Shown: positions 7,827 to 14,600 of the stretch, one piece after another
Layout: every line of letters starts with the position of its first letter
Numbering within the stretch: the stretch's first letter is position 1
Assembly (NCBI GenBank): GCA_046758965.1
Contig: JBHIBG010000067.1
Location: forward strand, 1-14,600
Length of the DNA stretch: 14,600 nt
Reading direction: 5' to 3'
Origin: Candidatus Methylomirabilia bacterium
GTDB taxonomy: Bacteria > Methylomirabilota > Methylomirabilia > Rokubacteriales > CSP1-6
Position numbers and translations under genes: made by a program
Notes under the pieces: generated by a model
The model's input: the letters and a program-made list of their open reading frames with translations, nothing else
What the model was told of the DNA's origin: nothing
Database searches by the model: none

Positions 7827-8345
7827 TTATAAGTCGAGCAAGCCCTCGGGCGGGCGGATCACGATAGTCCGGGTCGCCATGTCCACCTTCACCACGATCT
7901 CGACCACTGCCGGGATCAGGTGCTCCCGTCCCTCATCCCGCACCACCCAGAGGTCCTGGGCAGGCCCGGGCTCGACTGCGAGGAATGTCCCGACCACGAC
8001 GCCGCCGGTTGTGACCACGCGGCTCCCGACAAGCGCGTGAGCGTAGAACTGACCCGGTGGGAGCGGGGAGAGCTGGGCCGCTGGCACCGCCACGAGCCGC
8101 CCCACGAGCGGCTGAGCATCCTCCACGGATTCGCACCGCTCGAGCTTCAGGACGACCGCGCCTCCGTCCGATCGGACCGACTCCACCCGCCGGGGCTCGG
8201 CCCGCGTTGCGTCCGACCCTACCAGGAAGCAACTGCCGAGTCGTTCGAACTGCGCCCGATCCTCCACCAGAGGACGAACCTTCACCTCCCCGCGGAGCCC
8301 CCGGGGCTTCAGCACCTCTCCGATGGGAACGAGATCACCGATCAC
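7827..8345 (-). CDS. rimM: 16S rRNA processing protein RimM
   Basis: Motifs are [30 protein letters not shown] and LIPAV...PPEGLLDL. Synteny between khpA and trmD supports the call. Confidence 0.95.
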   Translation of the reverse strand: MIGDLVPIGEVLKPRGLRGEVKVRPLVEDRAQFERLGSCFLVGSDATRAEPRRVESVRSDGGAVVLKLERCESVEDAQPLVGRLVAVPAAQLSPLPPGQFYAHALVGSRVVTTGGVVVGTFLAVEPGPAQDLWVVRDEGREHLIPAVVEIVVKVDMATRTIVIRPPEGLLDL

Positions 8346-8572
8346 TCCAGGATCTCGAGGACCGCCCGCTTCCTCAGCTTGGTGGCCGTGGCGTTGAGCA
8401 GCGTCCGGATGGCGCGGGCCGTCCGTCCCTGCTTGCCGATGACCTTCCCCAGGTCGCTCGGGGCCACCCTCAGCTCGATCACCGTGAGCTTCTCCCCTTC
8501 GATCTCCCCCACCCGAACCTGATCCGGCTCATCCACGAGCGCCTTCGCGATTAACTCTACCAGCTCCTTCAT
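8342..8572 (-). CDS. khpA: KH domain RNA-binding protein KhpA (UPF0109)
   Basis: Sequence reads [19 protein letters not shown]...[20 protein letters not shown], with the GxxG loop. The ATG at 8572 follows GGAG. Confidence 0.95.
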   Translation of the reverse strand: MKELVELIAKALVDEPDQVRVGEIEGEKLTVIELRVAPSDLGKVIGKQGRTARAIRTLLNATATKLRKRAVLEILE

Positions 8573-8609
8573 GCTCTCCACCCCCCACGGCTCAGGGTGC
8601 GCACTCGGA

Positions 8610-8855
8610 TCAGTGCTTGATGATGCCCACGCGCGCGAAGAGCTGCTGAACGGTGTTCGAGGGTTGAGCGCCCTTGCTCAGCCACGCGAGAGCCTTCTCC
8701 CTCGCGATCTCGACCTTCGGCGGATCGGTCAGCGGGTTGTAGTGCCCGATGATCTCGATGAACCGACCGTCCCGCGGGGCGCGTGAATCTGCCACCACAA
8801 CGCGGTAGGCGGGCTTCTTTCTCTTCCCCACGCGCCTCAGGCGAATACGAACCAC
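8610..8855 (-). CDS. rpsP: 30S ribosomal protein S16
   Basis: Sequence reads [41 protein letters not shown]...WLSKGAQPS. The RBS is AAGGAGGTGA. Confidence 0.98.
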   Translation of the reverse strand: MVRIRLRRVGKRKKPAYRVVVADSRAPRDGRFIEIIGHYNPLTDPPKVEIAREKALAWLSKGAQPSNTVQQLFARVGIIKH

Positions 8856-8876
8856 GTCTCTCTCACCTCCTTCGGA

Positions 8877-10220
8877 TCACCGCGACAAAAACGGCAGAGC
8901 GCCCCTGAGCTTGCCGGTGCGGCCCCCCAGGTGCTTGAACTCCTTCATGAGTTTCCGGATCTGCGCATGGTGCTTGAGGAGCCGATTCACGTCCTGGACC
9001 GTCGTCCCGCTCCCCCGAGCGATCCGGGCCCGCCGGCTGCCGTTGATAGTTTCAGGCGCCCGCCGTTCCGTTTGAGTCATGGAGCCGATGATCGCCTCGT
9101 ACTTCCGGAGCTCCCGCTCTTCCCCGCGGGGCTCCGCCGGGATTCCCCCCGACCCCTTGAAGAACGGCACCATCTCCAAGAGCTCCCCCAGGGGGCCCAT
9201 GGAGCGGAGCTGCCGAAGCTGATCCGCAAAGTCCTCCAGCGTGAAGCGCGCCTCGCGGATCTTCTGCGCGAGCTCCTGCGCCTTGGTCTCATCCACCACC
9301 GCCCGGGCCTTTTCAACCAGGGTCACCACGTCACCCATTCCGAGAATCCGTGAGGCCATGCGGTCCGGGTGGAAGGGCTCCAGGGCATCAGACTTCTCCC
9401 CGACTCCGACGAATGCGATGGGCCGGCCGGTCACCGCGCGGATCGACAGGGCCGCGCCACCCCTGGCGTCGCCGTCCAGCTTGGTCAGGACGAAGGCGTC
9501 CACCCCCACCGCGGCATTGAAACGTTCCGCCATAGTCACGGCATCCTGACCCGTCATGGCATCCACGACTAGAAGCACGTGGTGGGGCGTCAGCTCCCGC
9601 CTGAGCTCCCGCAGCTCATCGAGCATCGGCTCGTCAATGTGGAGCCGCCCTGCACTGTCCAGGATCAGCGGAGAGCGCCCCGTGGCTTGGGCTTCCACGC
9701 GCGCGGCCCGGGCGATGGCCAGCGGGGTCTGCCCCTCGGCCCCGCTCACCGGGATCCCGAGCTGCCCGCCGAGGACCCGCAGCTGGTCGATGGCCGCAGG
9801 CCGGTACACGTCCGTGGCAGCGAGGATCGGATGTTGCCCCTGCCGCTGAAGGTAGCGCGCCAGCTTCGCCGCGGTGGTGGTCTTCCCCGAGCCCTGAAGC
9901 CCCACCAGCATGATCACCGTGGGCGGGTGGGGCGCCATCGTCAGCCTGTGCCCGTTCCCGCCAACCAGGGCTACCAGCTCGTCGTGGACGATCTTGACCA
10001 CCTGCTGCCCCGGGGTGATGGAGGCCAGGACCTGCTGCCCCAGGGCCTTTACGCGAACGGCTTCGATGAACGTCTTGACAACCTTGAAGTTGACGTCAGC
10101 CTCCAGGAGCGCGATCCGCACCTCCCGGAGGGCCTCCTGGATGTTCTGCTCCGTCAGCCGACCGTACCCACGGAGCCGGTCGAAGATCGCCTCCAACCGC
10201 GCACTGAGAGTGTCAAACAT
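8877..10220 (-). CDS. ffh: signal recognition particle protein Ffh
   Basis: Motifs are ALLEADVN, GLQGSGKTTT, DVYRPAA, DSAGR, TKLDGDARGGAALS, FHPDRMASRILGMGD and SRRARIARGSG. Confidence 0.98.
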   Translation of the reverse strand: MFDTLSARLEAIFDRLRGYGRLTEQNIQEALREVRIALLEADVNFKVVKTFIEAVRVKALGQQVLASITPGQQVVKIVHDELVALVGGNGHRLTMAPHPPTVIMLVGLQGSGKTTTAAKLARYLQRQGQHPILAATDVYRPAAIDQLRVLGGQLGIPVSGAEGQTPLAIARAARVEAQATGRSPLILDSAGRLHIDEPMLDELRELRRELTPHHVLLVVDAMTGQDAVTMAERFNAAVGVDAFVLTKLDGDARGGAALSIRAVTGRPIAFVGVGEKSDALEPFHPDRMASRILGMGDVVTLVEKARAVVDETKAQELAQKIREARFTLEDFADQLRQLRSMGPLGELLEMVPFFKGSGGIPAEPRGEERELRKYEAIIGSMTQTERRAPETINGSRRARIARGSGTTVQDVNRLLKHHAQIRKLMKEFKHLGGRTGKLRGALPFLSR

Positions 10221-10255
10221 GTTCTTTGCCCGAAATGCCCTTCTAAAAAGATTTT

Positions 10256-10284
10256 ACTATACGGTTGGAAGCGGAAAAAGTCAA
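10256..10284 (-). promoter_or_regulatory. sigma70-type promoter for the ffh-rpsP operon
   Basis: -35 TTGACT (10279-10284), a 17-nt spacer and -10 TATAGT (10256-10261) lie in an AT-rich gap upstream of ffh. Confidence 0.75.
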
Positions 10285-10943
10285 GCCGACTTGGGGACTT
10301 GCGCCGCACTCCTGATCTCTCTGAGCGCCGCTCCGCTGTCCGGCGCCCCGAAAATCGCGGAGCCGGCCACCAGGACCGAGGCCCCATGGCGCACCAGGGG
10401 GCCCGCATGCTCTGCCTTCACCCCACCGTCCACCGAAATCTCCACGGGCCGGTCTCCAAGGAGGCTCCTGAGTGCCCGGACCTTTTCATAGGTAGAGGAG
10501 ATGAACGTCTGACCACCGAACCCCGGGTTCACCGACATGATCAGCACCAGGTCCAGGTCGTCCAAGACGTACTCAAGGGTCCCGGGAGAGGTGGAGGGGT
10601 TGAGGGCTGCCCCGGCCCGTGCGCCCAGCTCCTTGATCTGGGCCAGGGTGCGATGAAGGTGGGGGCAGGTCTCCACGTGGATTGTCAGGAGATCAGACCC
10701 CGCCGAGACGAAGGCCGGCAGGTGGCGCTCGGGAGCTTCGACCATCAGGTGGACGTCGAGAGGAAGCCGCGTGCGCTTCCGGATCGCTTCCACCACCACA
10801 GGGCCAATGGTGAGGTTCGGGACGAAGTGGCCGTCCATGACGTCCACATGGAGCTGGTCGGCCCCAGCTTCCTCCACCCGGGCAATCTCCTCTCCCAGCT
10901 CGGCAAAGTCGGCAGAGAGCAGAGACGGCGCGATCTTGATCAT
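10281..10943 (-). CDS. rpe: ribulose-phosphate 3-epimerase
   Basis: Motifs are IAPSLLSADF, LHVDVMDGHFVPNLTIG, DVHLM, MSVNPGFGGQ, VDGGV and LVAGSAIF. Confidence 0.97.
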   Translation of the reverse strand: MIKIAPSLLSADFAELGEEIARVEEAGADQLHVDVMDGHFVPNLTIGPVVVEAIRKRTRLPLDVHLMVEAPERHLPAFVSAGSDLLTIHVETCPHLHRTLAQIKELGARAGAALNPSTSPGTLEYVLDDLDLVLIMSVNPGFGGQTFISSTYEKVRALRSLLGDRPVEISVDGGVKAEHAGPLVRHGASVLVAGSAIFGAPDSGAALREIRSAAQVPKSA

Positions 10944-10951
10944 CACCACAC

Positions 10952-10980
10952 ACAATAACAGATTGCGCGGTTCAGGTCAT
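10952..10980 (-). promoter_or_regulatory. putative promoter for rpe (ATGACC-N17-TATTGT, extended -10)
   Basis: TGtTATTGT has a 17-nt spacer to ATGACC. The -10 ends 8 nt before the rpe ATG. Confidence 0.45.
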
Positions 10981-11023
10981 CGCCCGGAAACTACCTGTTT
11001 TCATTCTACTCGCCGGCAGCCGG

Positions 11024-11443
11024 TCAGTCGCCGATAATCTTGACCAGCACCCGCTTCCGGCGCCGGCCGTCGAACTCCCCGTAGAAGATCTGTTCCCACG
11101 GCCCAAAATCCAACCTCCCGTTGGTCACCGCCACGACCACCTCGCGGCCCATGATCTGCCGCTTCAGGTGGGCATCCCCGTTGTCCTCTCCGGTCTGGTT
11201 GTGTCGGTAGTGGGCCACCGGCTCATGGGGGGCGAGCCGCTCCAGAAAGTCGTCGTAGTCCTGGATGAGCCCTGGTTCATCATCGTTGATGTAAACGCTC
11301 GCCGTGATGTGCATGGCATTCACCAGACAGAGTCCCTCCCGGATGCCGCTCTTTTTCAGAGTCGCCTCCACCTGCGGGGTGATATTGACGTATGCCCGTC
11401 GCGTTGTCGTCTCGAACCACAGCTCTTCCCGATAGGATCTCAT
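11024..11443 (-). CDS. yjbQ: YjbQ/UPF0047 family protein (secondary thiamine-phosphate synthase-like)
   Basis: Motifs are [41 protein letters not shown] and [18 protein letters not shown]. Confidence 0.93.
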   Translation of the reverse strand: MRSYREELWFETTTRRAYVNITPQVEATLKKSGIREGLCLVNAMHITASVYINDDEPGLIQDYDDFLERLAPHEPVAHYRHNQTGEDNGDAHLKRQIMGREVVVAVTNGRLDFGPWEQIFYGEFDGRRRKRVLVKIIGD

Positions 11444-11505
11444 ACGGCCCCCTTCCTCGCGTGAATGGGCGTTCCCTTAGCTCAAGCAGGTGGACGCCCG
11501 ATTCG

Positions 11506-11514
11506 ACAATACCA
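11506..11514 (-). promoter_or_regulatory. putative extended -10 promoter (TGGTATTGT) for yjbQ
   Basis: TGnTATTGT lies in an AT-rich patch about 63 nt upstream of the yjbQ ATG. A weak -35 (TTCGCA) sits at 16-nt spacing. Confidence 0.4.
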
Positions 11515-11591
11515 AATTAGATGAACCTGCGAATGGCTCCGGCAAGCGGTACAAAAGGGCGTGCATCCCTGCCTCTGGCCGGCAGACAGGT

Positions 11592-11603
11592 CTGGTCGGA
11601 CAT
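11592..11603. promoter_or_regulatory. candidate GntR/FadR-subfamily operator (CTGGTCGGACAT)
   Basis: It resembles the TGGTCnGACCA-type palindrome. It lies about 20 nt upstream of a -35 box in front of an acyl-CoA metabolism operon. Confidence 0.35.
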
Positions 11604-11622
11604 TTTCATAGACCGACAGCAC

Positions 11623-11652
11623 TTGACCATGCTTCCTCCCACGGGCTAAGCT
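11623..11652 (+). promoter_or_regulatory. putative sigma70 promoter for the flavoprotein/CoA-ligase/hydratase operon
   Basis: -35 TTGACC (11623-11628), an 18-nt spacer and -10 TAAGCT (11647-11652). Confidence 0.5.
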
Positions 11653-11785
11653 TGGCGGGCCGCGTTCCACGTCGTCAGCCCGGTGATGCAGACTTAGAAA
11701 GGACTTCCGCCAGGACGATGATGATCAATGCCGAGGTGATCTAGTCGTACGGCGGGGTCGGAGGATTCACTGAGGGAGGGACCCA

Positions 11786-12784
11786 ATGCCAACGATGGAG
11801 AAGAGATTGCTCGACACGCCTCTCTGTCATCTTCTCGGGATCCGGTACCCGATCTGCCAGGCGGGGATGGGGTTCGTCGCACGCTCCACCCTGGCGGCTG
11901 CTGTCTCCGAGGCCGGCGGCCTCGGCGTGCTCGCCGCGGCGCACAACACGCCGCAGGAGCTTCGCGCAGAGATCGGCCGGGTGCGCGAGCGGACCGACAA
12001 GCCGTTCGGCGTGGACATCCTTTTCGCCACCGTGCGCGCCACTGGCGCGGAGGCCGAGCGCTTCACCGACGCCGTGAAGGGCTGGGCGGAGGTCACGCTG
12101 GAGGAGCGGGTCCCGGTCCTGATCGCCGGGCTCGGGAACCCGGGGCCTGTGACCGCCGAGGCCCACCGGCAGGGGATCAAGGTCATGGCCCTCTGCGGCA
12201 ACGTGAAGCAGGCGAGGGATCACGCGGCCAACGGGGTCGACGTCATCATTGCCCAGGGGCACGAGGCCGGCGGCCACACCGGCCGCATCGCCGGCCTGGT
12301 GCTGGTACCCGCGGTCGTCGACGCGGTTAAGCCGATTCCGGTCATGGCGGCAGGTGGGATCGCGGACGGGCGCGGGCTCGTGGCAGCGCTCGCTCTCGGC
12401 GCGGTGGGCATCTGGATCGGCACCCGGTTCATCGCCACGCCGGAGGCCTACTCTCACGACAACTACAAGCAAAAGATCGTGGCCATCGACGAGGAGGCGA
12501 CGGTGGTCACGCGCGCGGCCACCGGCAAGCCGTGCCGGCTCATCCGCAACAACTTCACTCGTGAGTGGGAGAAGCGGGAGCACGAGATCCAGCCATTTCC
12601 GATCCAGGCGGAGCGGGTTGGACGGCCCGCAGGCCTTCGCGCCCGGGAGTTGGGCGACGTCGAGAACGGCAACGCCGCGTGCGGCCAGAGCGCAGGGCTC
12701 ATCCGGGAAGTCATGCCGGTCCACGCCGTGATCGACGCCCTGATCTCCGAGGCGGAGGCCGTTCTGGAAAAGCTGCCCCGCTGA
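11786..12784 (+). CDS. nitronate monooxygenase / FabK-like (enoyl-ACP/CoA reductase II) FMN-dependent oxidoreductase
   Basis: Motifs are LGIRYPICQAGMG, AAAVSEAGGLG, TDKPFGVD, AQGHEAGGHTG, PVMAAGGIADGRG, GTRFIATPEA and GQSAGLI. The RBS is GGGAGGG. Confidence 0.92.
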   Translation: MPTMEKRLLDTPLCHLLGIRYPICQAGMGFVARSTLAAAVSEAGGLGVLAAAHNTPQELRAEIGRVRERTDKPFGVDILFATVRATGAEAERFTDAVKGWAEVTLEERVPVLIAGLGNPGPVTAEAHRQGIKVMALCGNVKQARDHAANGVDVIIAQGHEAGGHTGRIAGLVLVPAVVDAVKPIPVMAAGGIADGRGLVAALALGAVGIWIGTRFIATPEAYSHDNYKQKIVAIDEEATVVTRAATGKPCRLIRNNFTREWEKREHEIQPFPIQAERVGRPAGLRARELGDVENGNAACGQSAGLIREVMPVHAVIDALISEAEAVLEKLPR

Positions 12785-12794
12785 GGCACCCCAC

Positions 12795-14510
12795 ATGCCG
12801 CCCGAGCCGTGCTACCCACCGCTCCGCCTCGCCTTCCCCGACCGACCCGACTGGACCTTCTCCGGGATCCTCGAGCACTGGGCCCGGAGCGGGCCAGACC
12901 GCCCGTTCCTTCAGTTCATGGACGACCCCCCGCTCAGTTACGCCGAGGTGGACCGGCGCGTCAACCGGCTCGCCCACGGCCTCCTGACCCTCGGCGTGGG
13001 GCGGGGCGACCGGGTCCTCATCATGCTCCCGAACTGCCTGGAGTTCATGCTGACCTGGTGGGCGGCCAACCGGATCGGGGCCATCGAAGTCTCCGTCAAC
13101 ACCGCCTACAAAGGCTACTTTCTGGAGCACCTGGTGAACAACTCCGGCGGGCGGATCATGGTGGTGGCCCGGGAGTTTCTCGACCGGCTCCAGGCCAGCG
13201 AGGAGAGGCTCCCTCACCTGGAAACCCTCGTCGTCTACTGCGGCAAAACGGAAGCTCCCGCCGGGCTCCCGGCGCTCAGACGCTTTAACATGCGAGGTTT
13301 TGAGGAGCTCTTCGCTCCCGTGGAGGAGTCGCCCGGCGTGCCCCTCTCCCCCCGCGACCTCTGCGCCGTCATGTACACCTCCGGGACCACCGGCCCCTCG
13401 AAAGGCGTCATGATGCCGAACGCCCAGTGCCACCTCTTCGCCGAGTCTGTCGCGAACCTGACGCGCCTGACTGGCGACGATACCTACTTCGTCGCCACAC
13501 CCCTCTACCACGGCAATGCCCCGATCATGCAGGTCTACCCCGCTATGCTGGTCGGCGCCAGGGCCGTGATCTGGCCCTGGTTCAGCGCCACCGACTGGGT
13601 GAATCAGGTGCGGCGGGTCGGCGCCACGATCACGAACCTTCTGGGTGTCATGATGGACTTCATCTTCCGCCAGCCGCCGCGGCCTGAGGACACCCAGCAC
13701 CGCTTGCGGCTCGTCCTGGGCCAGCCAGCGCCCGCGGCCATTGCCGAGGCGTTCAAGAACCGGTTCGGCCTGGAGCGCATCCTGGAATATTACGGGATGA
13801 CCGAGATCGGCGTCGTCACCATGATGCCGTACGACGAGTTCCGCCCGGGGTCGTGCGGCAAGGCGGTGAGCGAGTGGTTTGACCTGAGGATCGCCGATGC
13901 GGAGACCGACGAGGAGCTGCGGCCCGGCCAGGTGGGCGAGCTCCTGGTCCGCCCCAAGGAGCCGTGGGCCTTCAATCAGGGCTACTGGGAGATGCCGGAG
14001 AAAAGCCTGGAGGTGCTCAGAAACGTCTGGTACCACACCGGCGATGCCCTCAAGCGCGACGCGGAAGGGTATTACTACTTCGTCGACCGGATGCGCGATG
14101 TCATCCGGCGCCGCGCCGTCAACATCTCCTCCTTTGACATCGAGACGGTGATCGGCGCCCACCCCACGGTGGTCGAGTGCGCCGCGGTGGCCGTTCCTTC
14201 CGAGTTCGCCGGCGGGGAGGATGAGATCAAAGCCTGCCTGGCCCTGCGCGAGGGCGCAGGTCTGGTCCCTCAGGAGTTCCTCGCCTGGTGCGAGGAGAGG
14301 CTCCCGTACTTCGCGGTCCCGCGCTACGTGGAGATCGTCCCGACACTGCCGCGGACTCCGAGCAACAAGATCCAGAAATACCTCCTCCGCCAGAGCGGAG
14401 TCACGGCCGCGACCTGGGATCGGGTCAACGCCGGCTATCAGCTCAAGGAAGAGGTCAGGAAGGCCGAAGCCAAGCGCCAACGGAAGAAGGAGGCCCGGGA
14501 TGCCGTTTAA
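12795..14510 (+). CDS. ATP-dependent acyl-CoA ligase (AMP-binding, CaiC/crotonobetaine-CoA ligase-like)
   Basis: Motifs are the P-loop YTSGTTGPSKG, YYGMTE, WYHTGD, YFVDR..D.IRRR..NISS, and LPRTPSNKIQK with the A10 Lys. Confidence 0.93.
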   Translation: MPPEPCYPPLRLAFPDRPDWTFSGILEHWARSGPDRPFLQFMDDPPLSYAEVDRRVNRLAHGLLTLGVGRGDRVLIMLPNCLEFMLTWWAANRIGAIEVSVNTAYKGYFLEHLVNNSGGRIMVVAREFLDRLQASEERLPHLETLVVYCGKTEAPAGLPALRRFNMRGFEELFAPVEESPGVPLSPRDLCAVMYTSGTTGPSKGVMMPNAQCHLFAESVANLTRLTGDDTYFVATPLYHGNAPIMQVYPAMLVGARAVIWPWFSATDWVNQVRRVGATITNLLGVMMDFIFRQPPRPEDTQHRLRLVLGQPAPAAIAEAFKNRFGLERILEYYGMTEIGVVTMMPYDEFRPGSCGKAVSEWFDLRIADAETDEELRPGQVGELLVRPKEPWAFNQGYWEMPEKSLEVLRNVWYHTGDALKRDAEGYYYFVDRMRDVIRRRAVNISSFDIETVIGAHPTVVECAAVAVPSEFAGGEDEIKACLALREGAGLVPQEFLAWCEERLPYFAVPRYVEIVPTLPRTPSNKIQKYLLRQSGVTAATWDRVNAGYQLKEEVRKAEAKRQRKKEARDAV

Positions 14511-14600
14511 GTACTTTGTGGTCAAGCCCAGGGGCAAGGTGGCCCTGGTGACCATCACCCACCCGCCTCGGAACTTCCTCCGCACCGGGATGCTGTATGA
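14500..14600 (+). CDS. enoyl-CoA hydratase/isomerase family protein (5' part; runs off the window)
   Basis: The ATG at 14500 follows AAGGAGG and overlaps the ligase stop. It translates MPFKYFVVKPRGKVALVTITHPPRNFLRTGMLY, matching the crotonase N-terminal VA.vTi..P..N.l pattern. Confidence 0.7.
   Translation, partial: MPFKYFVVKPRGKVALVTITHPPRNFLRTGMLY

Noticed and set aside
4936..10958. Long plus-strand ORFs such as 4936..5736, 5898..6722, 6764..7591 and 9579..10958
   Set aside because: They lie antisense to conserved housekeeping genes and have shadow-ORF composition.
11718..11744. Short upstream ORF MMINAEVI in the flavoprotein leader (end of ORF 11490..11744)
   Set aside because: There is no attenuator structure or regulatory codon run, so it cannot be distinguished from chance.
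11741..14585. Minus-strand ORFs 11741..12796 and 12711..14585
   Set aside because: They are antisense shadows of the flavoprotein and CoA-ligase genes.
1..14600. tRNA-Sec/selABD, SRP RNA, CRISPR arrays, mobile elements
   Set aside because: None is visible in this window, and the intergenic gaps are short and lack these structures. The Sec machinery would have to be encoded elsewhere in the genome.

Overview
This is GC-rich bacterial DNA. The gene style is reminiscent of Rokubacteria/Methylomirabilota, but that is an inference only. The centre of the window is a conserved minus-strand housekeeping block: yjbQ, rpe, ffh-rpsP-khpA-rimM-trmD-rplS-rnhB-yraN. Downstream on the same strand lie a two-subunit class I CoA-transferase-fold enzyme, a small exported FxLYD-like protein and a pair of exported M16 peptidase subunits. 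Acyl-CoA metabolism genes flank the window: the 3' part of a 3-hydroxyacyl-CoA dehydrogenase on the left, and a FabK/nitronate monooxygenase-family flavoprotein, a CaiC-like CoA ligase and the start of an enoyl-CoA hydratase on the right. The main find is that the two 'ORFs' 5329..5640 and 4807..5310 are one CoA-transferase alpha-subunit gene (4807..5640, 277 aa) interrupted by an in-frame TGA at codon 104. A SECIS-like hairpin follows that TGA directly, so the gene probably encodes a selenoprotein. The partner beta subunit lacks the canonical catalytic glutamate, so this may be a Sec-dependent enzyme with different chemistry on the CoA-transferase fold.
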